A stretch of 62,128 nt of DNA from an uncultured Candidatus Saccharibacteria bacterium (GCA_964529405.1 CAZGWE010000005.1:1-62128), one strand, 5' to 3'. Numbered from the stretch's first letter, positions 34,469 to 43,717 are shown. Numbers and translations: made by a program. Notes: a model not told the origin generated them from the letters alone.

Positions 34469-36018
34469 ACTATTTCTCTCTTCACGACTTGATAGCCCCT
34501 ACCATAAACTAATGGTGTACGCAGCTCAGTATAACCTAATTTTTTGATCTCGTCAACACTCTCGTTATAGAGAGAATATTTTTTTCTTTCCGTGGTTTCG
34601 ACGAGGGGGAAGACAATGCAGAAAACCATCTCTATCTTGTCATCCTCGGGCAGGCGATAGCCATGACCCGGGAATCCACCAACAGATTTTTCCTTTTTCT
34701 GGATTCCTGCCTCCGCAGAAATGACAGAAGAAAACCGTTTAATATTTTTGAGAAACGCAAGATAAATTTCTTTTATCTTTAGGTATTCGCCTTGAACTGC
34801 TTTTAATGTGGGAGCAAATTTCTTAGGCTCGCCGAGATAAGGTTCGGTAACGATCACAATTTTACCACTGTCATCCTGAGGGAGTCTTCGACTGAAGGAT
34901 CTCTCCCCGGCGGAGAGATCCTTCGCTCCGTCAGAACTTCGCTCAGAATGACATTTAATAATATCAGACAAATTATCCTTGGTGGCATCTGCCTGAAATA
35001 TTTTGATCTTAGGTATTTGAATCTGGGATTTGTTTTGGCTTTGGAGTCTTGGCTTTTGGCTTTCTTCAATCAACCACTCTATATTTGCTCGAGTATCATT
35101 CACCGCCTTCTCGCTCACATCGCTGCCAACCACATCACATCCAAACAACATCGCCTCTAATAAAATGTTGCCAGAACCACAGAAAGGGTCAACGACCACA
35201 CAGTGGTCGAAATCCAAGGCCCTAGATCCCAAAGCCGAAACCTCTGAATTTTGATTTTTATTCTTTTGGATTTCTTTTGGATTTGGAGTCTTGACTTTGG
35301 GCTTTGCCTCGCTTAAAGCGATGTTCACCATCATCCTAGCCAGCTTCGGCGGTGCCATGCCCGATTTCTTATCGCCTGCCGGTTTGTCATAATCGCGCTT
35401 GCTCCACTCCTCCGGATTCGAAAGAGCAACCAAAATTCCGATTTGCTTATCAAAAACACCAACCTCAACACCCTCGCCAACCATCTTGTTTTTAAGTGAC
35501 AAAATTGAGGACAATTCTTTACCTTCTCGCAAGGCGACAAAACGACTCTTTAGCGTCCCCTCAAACAATCTTTTAGCCTCGAGGCCGGCCTTATTTATCC
35601 CCCTCTGGTCGAGATCCCTTACATAGGAAGAAATGCCATAATTAAACTTCTTACTCTCGCCCGCCTTCTTGGCAAAAACAGTCTCAAAAACTTGTCCGGC
35701 CAGATTAGAACTTCTTGGTCCGATCAACTCAAAAATCTTAACTGTGCCGCCTAGCTCCTCAATCACTCTCCCGGGATCAAAATCGGTCGTACTCTCTATG
35801 TTGATTAGTGCTACGTTACCAGTTAGACTGATGGTATAGAAACTTGAGCAATCCCTTGTTTTGCCTTCGATCAGTTTTTCCTCTTCATCCAGATAACAAT
35901 CGCCCTGCTCGCCAAAACAAAAACCAAAACGGTAGAGCACCGCTTCTAATTCTGTTTTGGCCAATTCAACTTCTCGGCCAAGCACAAAAGCATACTGTTT
36001 TTGGATTAATTCACCCAT
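34444..36018 (-). CDS. THUMP-like/UPF0020-type SAM-dependent methyltransferase with repeat-derived inserts
   Basis: Motif I VVDPFCGSGNILLEA, motif IV-like IVTEPYLGEP. Three low-complexity or hairpin-derived in-frame inserts. Confidence 0.65.
   Translation of the reverse strand: MGELIQKQYAFVLGREVELAKTELEAVLYRFGFCFGEQGDCYLDEEEKLIEGKTRDCSSFYTISLTGNVALINIESTTDFDPGRVIEELGGTVKIFELIGPRSSNLAGQVFETVFAKKAGESKKFNYGISSYVRDLDQRGINKAGLEAKRLFEGTLKSRFVALREGKELSSILSLKNKMVGEGVEVGVFDKQIGILVALSNPEEWSKRDYDKPAGDKKSGMAPPKLARMMVNIALSEAKPKVKTPNPKEIQKNKNQNSEVSALGSRALDFDHCVVVDPFCGSGNILLEAMLFGCDVVGSDVSEKAVNDTRANIEWLIEESQKPRLQSQNKSQIQIPKIKIFQADATKDNLSDIIKCHSERSSDGAKDLSAGERSFSRRLPQDDSGKIVIVTEPYLGEPKKFAPTLKAVQGEYLKIKEIYLAFLKNIKRFSSVISAEAGIQKKEKSVGGFPGHGYRLPEDDKIEMVFCIVFPLVETTERKKYSLYNESVDEIKKLGYTELRTPLVYGRGYQVVKREIVFLKFCNF
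34637..34679. repeat. Hairpin element inside the methyltransferase CDS
   Basis: ttgtcatcctcgggcaggcgatagccatgacccgggaatccac. Translated as GGFPGHGYRLPEDDK. Confidence 0.75.
34868..34954. repeat. Long hairpin element inside the methyltransferase CDS
   Basis: ctgtcatcctgagggagtcttcg...cgctcagaatgacat. Translated as CHSERSSDGAKDLSAGERSFSRRLPQDDSG. Confidence 0.75.
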
Positions 36019-36053
36019 GCGTATGAATCACATATTAACAGAATAAAACAATA

Positions 36054-39000
36054 ATGCCAAAAAACGAAGAATCACAACCCGAAAGTAAGTTCGTCCACCT
36101 CCACGTTCACTCGCACTACTCCATGCTTGATGGCATGGGAAAGCTTCCTGATCTCATCAAAAAGGCTAAGGCTGATGGCAGTATCGCGCTAGCTTTGACC
36201 GATCATGGAGTTATGCATGGGGCGATCGAGTTTTATGAGGAGTGTGGGAAGGCCGGCATTAAACCGATTATTGGCATTGAAGCCTACGTCGCACCGCGCA
36301 CGCTCAAGGACAAAACGCCCAGAATCGATGCCAGCCCATACCACCTGGTTCTCTTGGCAAAAAACGAAGAAGGTTACAAAAACTTACTCAAACTTACCTC
36401 CATCGCCCATCTTGAAGGCTATTATTATAAACCCAGAATCGACAAAGCCACACTCAGGAAGCATGCCAAAGGCTTGATCGGCCTCTCCGCCTGTCTCCAG
36501 GGCGAAATCCCCCGCAAAGCCATGGAAGATATAGAAAAGGGCCGCCAAACCCTGCGCGAATATTTAGAGATCTTTGAGCCCGGCGATTTTTACCTCGAGG
36601 TCCAAAAGCACCCCTCTATCAGAGAGCAGGATCCGACTAACGAGGTCGTTTTTCAATTGGCCAAAGAGTTCAACCTCAAGGTCGTCGCCACTTGCGACAC
36701 CCACTATGTCAACTCAGATGATGCCATTGCCCAGGATGCCCTTCTCTGCCTTCAAACCGGCAAAATCCTTTCCGATACCAATCGCATGCGTATGACAGGT
36801 GACGATTACTCGCTCCAGTCGCCCGATCAAATGGCCGCCAATTTTCCCGGCCATCCGGAAGTTCTCTCCAACACTCTCGAAGTGGCCGAAAAGTGCAATC
36901 TCCACTTGGATCTCGGCGGCATTATTATCCCGAATTTTCCGGTGCCGAAAGGCTACACCCTGGAAAATTACTTTCTGGAAAAAGCTTATCTCGGCATCAA
37001 TTGGCGTTATGGAACAGAAAAGATTAAAAAAGAGGATCTTCCCGATCTCCCCAATGACCCAACCGACACCGATTTCCCCAATTTATCCGAAACTTTAAAA
37101 ATCCCCGGAGAAATCTGGGAACGGGCTAAATACGAACTCTCCGTCATTCTGCGTATGGATTATGCCGGTTACTTCTTGATTGTGGCTGACTATGTCCAAT
37201 GGGCCAAAGACCACGGTATTGCCGTTGGTCCCGGCCGCGGCTCGGCTGCCGGTTCGATTGTGGCTTACGGCTTTAATATCACTAACCTCGACCCTCTTAA
37301 ATATGATCTTCTTTTTGAACGTTTTTTGAATCCCGACCGTATCTCTATGCCTGATGTTGATATGGACTTTGCCGATTCCCGTCGGGCTGAGGTGATTGAA
37401 TATGTCTGCAGCAAATATGGCCGCGACCACGTGGCTCAAATTATCACATTCGGTACAATGGCTGCCCGCATGGCCGTACGCGATGTCGGCCGGGTCCTAG
37501 GCATGAGTTACGCCGAAGTTGACTTGATCGCCAAGCTGATTCCCTCCGGTCCCGGCGGTATGTCGCTATCAAAAGCGCTGGCCAATATTGCCGAACTTAA
37601 ACAACTCTATGATTCCAACTCCCAAGTCAAGCAGTGTATAGATATTGCCGGCAAACTCGAGGGTGTCGTCCGCCACGCCTCCGTGCACGCCGCCGGCGTG
37701 GTTATATCAAAAGATACCTTGACCGAATATGTACCGCTTCAGGAGGCTGCCAAGGGTGATATTTCGGTTGTGACTGAATACTCCATGGGCCCAATCGAGC
37801 ATCTTGGCCTGCTCAAGATGGACTTTCTCGGCCTCTCCAACCTCACCATTATTCAAAATGCCCTACGCATTATCAGAAAAACAAAGGGGGTCGATCTCGA
37901 CATCGACAATTTGCCGCTCGACGACAAACCCTCCTACGAACTGCTGGCTCGCGGTGATACTATCGGCATCTTCCAGCTGGAATCGGACGGCATGAAACGC
38001 TATCTCAAAGAGCTTAAGCCCAATGTTTTTGAGGATATTGTTGCTATGGTCGCCCTCTACCGCCCGGGTCCGATGCAGTGGATCGATTCGTTTATTGCCA
38101 GAAAGCATGGCCGCGAAGCAATCAATTATCCTCATCCCAAAGCTAAAGCCGCTCTGGAAAATACCTACGGTATTATTGTCTATCAGGAGCAGGTTATGCA
38201 GATGTCCAAAGATATGGCCGGCTTCACCGGCGGCCAAGCTGACGGCCTGCGCAAAGCTATGGGCAAGAAAATCAAAGAGTTGATGGAGAAGATGGGCAAA
38301 CAGTTCGTCGAAGGTTGTATCGCCAACAATGTTGATAAACAGATTGCCCAGGATTTATATAAAGCCATGCAGGATTTCGCCCAATATGCTTTCAATAAAT
38401 CCCATGCTGCCTGTTACGCTATGATCTCCTACCAGACGGCCTATCTTAAATCACACTATCCCTCTGAATTTATGGCCGCGCTGTTGACCTCGAATCAGGA
38501 CGATCTTGACAAGATGGCTATGGAGATACAGGAGTGCGATCGTATTGGCATCAAGGTTCTACCGCCATCGGTCAATGAATCATTCGTTGATTTTGGCGTG
38601 GTCAAAGAGACCGGTAATATCCGTTTTGGACTCTCGGCCATTAAGAATGTCGGTTTAGCCGTAGCTGAGGCGATTGTTAAAGAGCGCAAAAATGGCATTT
38701 ACAAGGACCTTAAGGACTTTATTACGCGTCTGGATGGCAAAGTAATTAATAAAAAATCACTCGAGTCCCTGGCTATGGCCGGGGGAGTTGATGACCTGGG
38801 CGAGCGTGCCGAACTGCTTTACAACATGGAGCGGATCCTGGCTTTTGCCAATACCTTCCAGAAAAACAAGTCGGCCGGACAGTCCTCTCTTTTTGGCGAG
38901 ACTCAAATTGAGCTGGGCAATATTGAAATGGAAAAAACCAGGGAAGCCGACCGCAAACAACGCCTGGCCTGGGAGAGAGAACTTTTGGGTATGTACGTCT

Positions 39001-39737
39001 CCGAACATCCCCTAACCGGCATCGGACACTTGCTTGAGCCTAATCGGACCAAAGCCATTCGCGAAATTAAAGAGGACATAGAAAATCAATTCGTCCGCGT
39101 GGCCGGCATCATCACATCCGTCCAAAAAATTATGACGCGCTCAAACCAGAATATGGCCTTTGCCAAGCTAGAAGATCTCTCTGGCAATATTGAGGTGCTG
39201 GCATTTCCCAAAGTACTTGACGCCAATCCGATGCTCTGGCTGGCTGACAAAATCGTGGCAGTTGACGGCTATGTTTCGTTTAAAGACGGCGCACCAAAGA
39301 TTTTGGCGGAATTGATCTGCGAAATCGACGAAAACAAAAATGCCCCAACCTTTGAACCCAGAGAAAAGAAGCGTAACGGTTTTAGGAGTGAAAACAGAGG
39401 CAATGGAGGCAGTAACTATAAAAATGGTTCTGACAGCGGTACAATGCCTTCCAACGGCCATTCTTCAACCTCCTTGCCCCCAACAAACTCCCCAATACCC
39501 CAAATGCCCCTAAAATCCCTTAAAATCATTATCCCCAAGGGCTCCGACCGCTCGATCTTGAACCATCTTAAAGACATCTTAAGCTCCCGCAAAGGCGAAG
39601 CCTCTGTGACTTTAAGCATACCCAACAACGGCTCAGGCTACAAAGACGTTAAAATCAAATCCAAAGTCGAAGCTTGCCCCACCCTCATTCATCAACTCAA
39701 GCAGCTCGTCGGCAAAGAGAACGTGGTACAGGTATAA
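36054..39737 (+). CDS. dnaE: DNA polymerase III alpha subunit
   Basis: PHP FVHLHVHSHYSMLDG, palm PDVDMDF, fingers and OB-fold regions, 1227 aa. Confidence 0.95.
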   Translation: MPKNEESQPESKFVHLHVHSHYSMLDGMGKLPDLIKKAKADGSIALALTDHGVMHGAIEFYEECGKAGIKPIIGIEAYVAPRTLKDKTPRIDASPYHLVLLAKNEEGYKNLLKLTSIAHLEGYYYKPRIDKATLRKHAKGLIGLSACLQGEIPRKAMEDIEKGRQTLREYLEIFEPGDFYLEVQKHPSIREQDPTNEVVFQLAKEFNLKVVATCDTHYVNSDDAIAQDALLCLQTGKILSDTNRMRMTGDDYSLQSPDQMAANFPGHPEVLSNTLEVAEKCNLHLDLGGIIIPNFPVPKGYTLENYFLEKAYLGINWRYGTEKIKKEDLPDLPNDPTDTDFPNLSETLKIPGEIWERAKYELSVILRMDYAGYFLIVADYVQWAKDHGIAVGPGRGSAAGSIVAYGFNITNLDPLKYDLLFERFLNPDRISMPDVDMDFADSRRAEVIEYVCSKYGRDHVAQIITFGTMAARMAVRDVGRVLGMSYAEVDLIAKLIPSGPGGMSLSKALANIAELKQLYDSNSQVKQCIDIAGKLEGVVRHASVHAAGVVISKDTLTEYVPLQEAAKGDISVVTEYSMGPIEHLGLLKMDFLGLSNLTIIQNALRIIRKTKGVDLDIDNLPLDDKPSYELLARGDTIGIFQLESDGMKRYLKELKPNVFEDIVAMVALYRPGPMQWIDSFIARKHGREAINYPHPKAKAALENTYGIIVYQEQVMQMSKDMAGFTGGQADGLRKAMGKKIKELMEKMGKQFVEGCIANNVDKQIAQDLYKAMQDFAQYAFNKSHAACYAMISYQTAYLKSHYPSEFMAALLTSNQDDLDKMAMEIQECDRIGIKVLPPSVNESFVDFGVVKETGNIRFGLSAIKNVGLAVAEAIVKERKNGIYKDLKDFITRLDGKVINKKSLESLAMAGGVDDLGERAELLYNMERILAFANTFQKNKSAGQSSLFGETQIELGNIEMEKTREADRKQRLAWERELLGMYVSEHPLTGIGHLLEPNRTKAIREIKEDIENQFVRVAGIITSVQKIMTRSNQNMAFAKLEDLSGNIEVLAFPKVLDANPMLWLADKIVAVDGYVSFKDGAPKILAELICEIDENKNAPTFEPREKKRNGFRSENRGNGGSNYKNGSDSGTMPSNGHSSTSLPPTNSPIPQMPLKSLKIIIPKGSDRSILNHLKDILSSRKGEASVTLSIPNNGSGYKDVKIKSKVEACPTLIHQLKQLVGKENVVQV

Positions 39738-39782
39738 AAAGTTCACTAACGCTTTGTGCTAATTAATATCTAACTCTATATA

Positions 39783-39903
39783 AATAATCTGTCATTTCGA
39801 CACCATTCGAGTCTGCTCGAAGGCGAGAAATCTACAAATTAATGAGCCAGAGTAAGCGGTAGATTTCTCGTCCCGATCGGAATCGGGATGTCAAAATGAC
39901 ATA
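39783..39903. repeat. Complete GTCATTTCGAC...GAAATCT hairpin element
   Basis: tgtcatttcgacaccattcgagtc...cgagaaatctac pairs with gtagatttctcgtcc...gtcaaaatgaca. The first 66 nt are identical to 42231-42296. Confidence 0.85.
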
Positions 39904-39971
39904 GTAATTAATGGGGAAATTGCGAATTTAATATTTTGCGGGCGATTTGCAAGATAGCTTCTGTTTTTATA

Positions 39972-40673
39972 TTACCTTCCTGTATATTTCTTAGCGTAAA
40001 TCCTCACCAAAAAAATCAGCTCGGATAATAATTTTTCCTTAACCCAAGCTTTTTGCTTCAGTTCGAGCAGTTCGCCCAAACCGTGCAGAATGTTAATTTT
40101 GTCCAACTTTTCCAGTTTGCCGGCTAAATCATCTAAAAACTCGCCCGTACCCATGCCGGTTTTTTCTTTGATCACTTTTTCGTCGATGGACCAATCGTTC
40201 TTGAGCATAAAATGAGCATCAAAAAGATCGCGGTTAGCAAAGCGCTTACGATTAAAAATGGCAATTAATTTATTAGCCAGCATGAATTCTTTCTTGGCAA
40301 TCAGCATGCTCAAACCATAATAGTTCTTAACCTCGTAGTTCTCCCTGCTGCCGGTCAGGCGCGAGATTTCAACCTTGACATTTTGTCTTTCCGACTCGTA
40401 ACTCAAACGCCAAAACAAGGTAAAATGCTTTATCCGGCTGTCTTTTACTTGGCCAAACTCCGGCAGTATCCGATCGATTTTCTTGAAAACCTCTGCGCCC
40501 TGATCATTCTCAAGCAGATCAAAGTCCAAATCAACCGAAAAACGAGGCAAATCGTAAAAAAGGTAGCAGGCCGTACCGCCCTTAAAACCCAAAAGAGGCG
40601 CCAGTTTATTGTCGCCATACAAAGCAAGTAAAATCTTATTCATTACCACATCGTGATCACCCCTATGAAGCAT
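39972..40673 (-). CDS. AbiEii/AbiGii-family nucleotidyltransferase toxin
   Basis: FKGGTACYLFYDLPRFSVDLDFDL motif, 233 aa. Confidence 0.8.
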   Translation of the reverse strand: MLHRGDHDVVMNKILLALYGDNKLAPLLGFKGGTACYLFYDLPRFSVDLDFDLLENDQGAEVFKKIDRILPEFGQVKDSRIKHFTLFWRLSYESERQNVKVEISRLTGSRENYEVKNYYGLSMLIAKKEFMLANKLIAIFNRKRFANRDLFDAHFMLKNDWSIDEKVIKEKTGMGTGEFLDDLAGKLEKLDKINILHGLGELLELKQKAWVKEKLLSELIFLVRIYAKKYTGR

Positions 40674-41238
40674 ATTCCTCCTTCAGTTTCTTAATGCGTT
40701 TAATCAGATTTTTATTGTCATAAATCAGACCGATCTTTAGACATTTTATCCAGTCAATATCAGACAAATTGTCAAAATAAAAGTCGCCCATCAGATAAAG
40801 GGTGTCGCAGATTGCCCGTTCTTTAGAAGCCACAGATTTTTCTCCGTCCTGGATAAGACCGAGAGGATCGAGTAAAGTCGGGTCTTTGATTTTCCGATAG
40901 ACAAATTCTTCCTTGCCGATTTTAATCGTCCGATTCACCCTGGCCGCCGAGTAGATCTTTGGATCGTACTGAAAAACTACTCCTTCCCGAGCCAGAACAG
41001 TCTCAAAACTGACATAAGAGGGCACAACCAGCTTATTAGCCAACTCTAATCGATCATAATTCCAATCTAGCGCATAAATTCCACCCCGAAGCCGAATCAA
41101 CTGCCCCGCCTTAGCCAACCGGTAAACTTTAGTTTTTAAATAGTCCCTGTCCGTGATTCCCCATAACAAAACCAGGTCATTCATGTCAAAGACCGTCTTC
41201 TTGCTTCTTATCAATGTAACCAGGCTTGATTCTTTCAT
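40663..41238 (-). CDS. AbiEi-like antitoxin/transcriptional regulator
   Basis: Overlaps the toxin start by 11 nt. AKAGQLIRLRGGIYAL wHTH pattern. Confidence 0.7.
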   Translation of the reverse strand: MKESSLVTLIRSKKTVFDMNDLVLLWGITDRDYLKTKVYRLAKAGQLIRLRGGIYALDWNYDRLELANKLVVPSYVSFETVLAREGVVFQYDPKIYSAARVNRTIKIGKEEFVYRKIKDPTLLDPLGLIQDGEKSVASKERAICDTLYLMGDFYFDNLSDIDWIKCLKIGLIYDNKNLIKRIKKLKEEYAS

Positions 41239-41319
41239 AATGTTATTTAAAAGTGATCAAAAATGATTACTTTTAATATACATTAACTAACACTCGTTGT
41301 CAAGTCAAAACAGCAATAT

Positions 41320-41359
41320 ATTCCAGAAATAGCAAGCGATCGCTTGCTATTTCTGGAAT
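41320..41359. repeat. 40-nt perfect palindrome with GCGATCGC centre
   Basis: attccagaaatagcaagcgatcgcttgctatttctggaat. Confidence 0.95.
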
Positions 41360-41440
41360 TTGAACGCAAAAAAACATCCCAAAACAAAAGAAAAAACCGC
41401 CGTGCCGAGGTGGCCGTGCGGTATAGGAATTGGAAAGCGT

Positions 41441-42070
41441 TTAGCTCTCCTCGGAAGGGGTGAGTGGCGGAGGATAGGCGGCGAGTTCCAGATTGTGCTT
41501 CTTCAGCCACTCCTGAATTTCAACCAGGGACTTTCTGCCAAAGTGTCTTGTACTCAGCAGCCCCTCCTCAGTCCACTCCAGCAACTGTTCAACCGTCTCG
41601 ATACCGAGATTCCGTAAACAGTTGCTGGTCCGAACAGAAAAGTCAGCTGCATCGACACGAGTCAGGCGAATCGTAGCCAGATCAACTAGAGCTGACTCCT
41701 CTTCCTCTTTATTTGCCTCCTGTTCGTTCAGCTTGGGCGGCTCTTTCAACTTCAGGCCGAGGCGCTGAAGCGCGTACTTGACTTCTTTCAGCTTTGCCCA
41801 ACTGAATGGACACCACATACGCAAGTCGTCCTCGGTCATCTGCAGCAGCCCCCCGATAGTCTCGATCCCGTGATCTCGGATGCTGGCCACAGTTGAGCTT
41901 GACATACCCAGTCCAGAAATGGGTATGTCCGCTTTTTCGCCCCCACCGGTACACTCTAGGATGAGCCGAGGAAGCCGTCGACGAAATTCGGCCACTTCCT
42001 CCGGCGTACCGATAACACGGTATGCCCACGAGATCAAGGTCTTTTCTGCACTCGATTCCGCGAGTTCCAT
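41441..42070 (-). CDS. Stand-alone protein with two RpoA alpha-CTD-like (HhH) repeats (cargo E)
   Basis: FSVRTSNCLRNLGIETVEQLLEWTEEGLLSTRHFGRKSLVEIQEWLKKHNLEL matches the alpha-CTD pattern. A degenerate first copy is at residues ~50-115. SD agaggagg. Confidence 0.65.
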   Translation of the reverse strand: MELAESSAEKTLISWAYRVIGTPEEVAEFRRRLPRLILECTGGGEKADIPISGLGMSSSTVASIRDHGIETIGGLLQMTEDDLRMWCPFSWAKLKEVKYALQRLGLKLKEPPKLNEQEANKEEEESALVDLATIRLTRVDAADFSVRTSNCLRNLGIETVEQLLEWTEEGLLSTRHFGRKSLVEIQEWLKKHNLELAAYPPPLTPSEES

Positions 42071-42230
42071 TCAATCACCTCCTCTCTTGGAATCAAGTAA
42101 TTTAACCAGATTACGAAAACTTTTTCAATGTTTTCACTTGATTTGTGATGAAATTTATGATAGTATTACAATCGATTTCACATCATATGATATTGACGCC
42201 TTGTACCAACTAATATTAACTCCTTAATAT

Positions 42231-42408
42231 AATAATCTGTCATTTCGACACCATTCGAGTCTGCTCGAAGGCGAGAAATCTACAAATTAATGAGCCCAAT
42301 TAAGTTGAATGAGATCCTCACGTCAGCTGATAAGAATCGGCTTCCTCAGGATGACATCAGAATGTCAGATTTCTCGCCTCCACCAGAGTGGATGGTGTCG
42401 AAATAACA
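42231..42408. repeat. Composite nested hairpin element
   Basis: Left half is identical to 39783-39848. A GATCCTCAC...CTCAGGATGACAT element (42311-42358) is inserted. The right half is gtcagatttctcgcc...ggtgtcgaaataaca. Confidence 0.8.
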
Positions 42409-42431
42409 AACAAGAGCGTATTGGAGTGTAC

Positions 42432-43166
42432 ATGCCTCATCGTGCCTTAAGACAAATTGGTTTGTCGCAGAAAGAAGCGGAAGTTTACGAAACACTGCTG
42501 AAAATCGGCGAATCGCCGGTGGCTGATTTGATCAAAGCCACAAATGACCACCCGCAGATTATTTACCGCGCACTTGATGGTCTAAATGCAATTGGTTTAA
42601 TAATCACGACCTACCGCAGACATCGCCGTTATGTGCGAGCTGAGGATCCGAAAGTGTTGGAAAAGATCGAAGAATCCAAGTTAAAAGAGATCAGAAAAAT
42701 CATCCCCGATCTCGCCGCACTCCAAAAAAACTCCTCCGATGCCATTGTTCGAATTAGCAAGGGCAATGAAGCATTGCGATCATTAAGAATTCGAGCTTAT
42801 GATGAATTAGCCAAAGATGAAGTCTATTATGTCATCGGCGCATCCGGCGATCGCTATTATGAAATCATGGGCGATTTGCAAACCGAAAATGAGCGCAAAA
42901 GAATCAAAAAAGGCGTCATCAAAAGAATGATCAGCTTCAAAAGCCAAAAAGAATTACTAGAGCAGCAAAACAAATATAGCCATTTAACTGAGTATCGCTA
43001 TTTAGCAGAAGAATTTTCTGTACCCTCAACTACAATAATCTTCAATGAGACTGCCGCCATCATCATCTGGAATCCCGAACCGATCGTTATCACTATCGAA
43101 TCGCCCGAGGTCGCCGAGAGCTACCGCCACTACTTTGAGTCCTTGTGGCAAATTGCCAAACCATAA
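42432..43166 (+). CDS. TrmB-family transcriptional regulator (paralogue 3)
   Basis: LRQIGLSQKEAEVYETLLKIGESPVADLIKATNDHPQIIYRALDGLNAIGLI. The track start at 42309 reads through the repeat element. Confidence 0.8.
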   Translation: MPHRALRQIGLSQKEAEVYETLLKIGESPVADLIKATNDHPQIIYRALDGLNAIGLIITTYRRHRRYVRAEDPKVLEKIEESKLKEIRKIIPDLAALQKNSSDAIVRISKGNEALRSLRIRAYDELAKDEVYYVIGASGDRYYEIMGDLQTENERKRIKKGVIKRMISFKSQKELLEQQNKYSHLTEYRYLAEEFSVPSTTIIFNETAAIIIWNPEPIVITIESPEVAESYRHYFESLWQIAKP

Positions 43167-43225
43167 ATTTGCATTAGCCAGATAATTAGATCTATATTGT
43201 TAGTGAAGTTAATTAAGGAACTCAC

Positions 43226-43717
43226 ATGCCATTCAGTGAACATGGAATACGAGCGACAATTGGAGCAGAACTACCGCCCGAAGCTCCCGAGAGATTAAGA
43301 ACGAAGCCAGAAGTTATCTTCGGCAACATTTTGGGCGTTGACCAAAGCGGTATAGCTACTGCTTGTACTGCAAGCATTAGAAACAAGACTAAGGCTTTGC
43401 GAATTCGACAGATAGAAGAATCTAAGGGCCAACATGTTGGCTCCGTTGATGCTCGAATCGACAAAATCCAAACCATGGGCAATGATGTTTTTGCCTCTAT
43501 TCGCCAAAACAGACACTTGCTCGAGAGCCGGCATGACGTAGAGCGGATCAGGGTTGAGTGGCTGGTTATGAAATGCTATGAGGAGATTCCACTGATTGTA
43601 GCAAGAGCCATTAATCGAGCCGACCTTGAAAGACAATCAAAGCGGCTTAAGCGCCAAATTTACGAAGAACGAATCACCAATCCCAGTCACGCCGCCCATC
43701 TTCAAAACGAAAAATAA
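43226..43717 (+). CDS. Hypothetical protein (possibly the N-part of an interrupted gene)
   Basis: 163 aa. Ends at TAA 43715, in the same frame as 43796-44548. Confidence 0.4.
   Translation: MPFSEHGIRATIGAELPPEAPERLRTKPEVIFGNILGVDQSGIATACTASIRNKTKALRIRQIEESKGQHVGSVDARIDKIQTMGNDVFASIRQNRHLLESRHDVERIRVEWLVMKCYEEIPLIVARAINRADLERQSKRLKRQIYEERITNPSHAAHLQNEK

Noticed and set aside
42309-42431. N-terminal extension of TrmB-3 in the ORF track.
   Set aside because: It reads through the nested hairpin repeat. The TrmB homology and an SD begin at ATG 42432.
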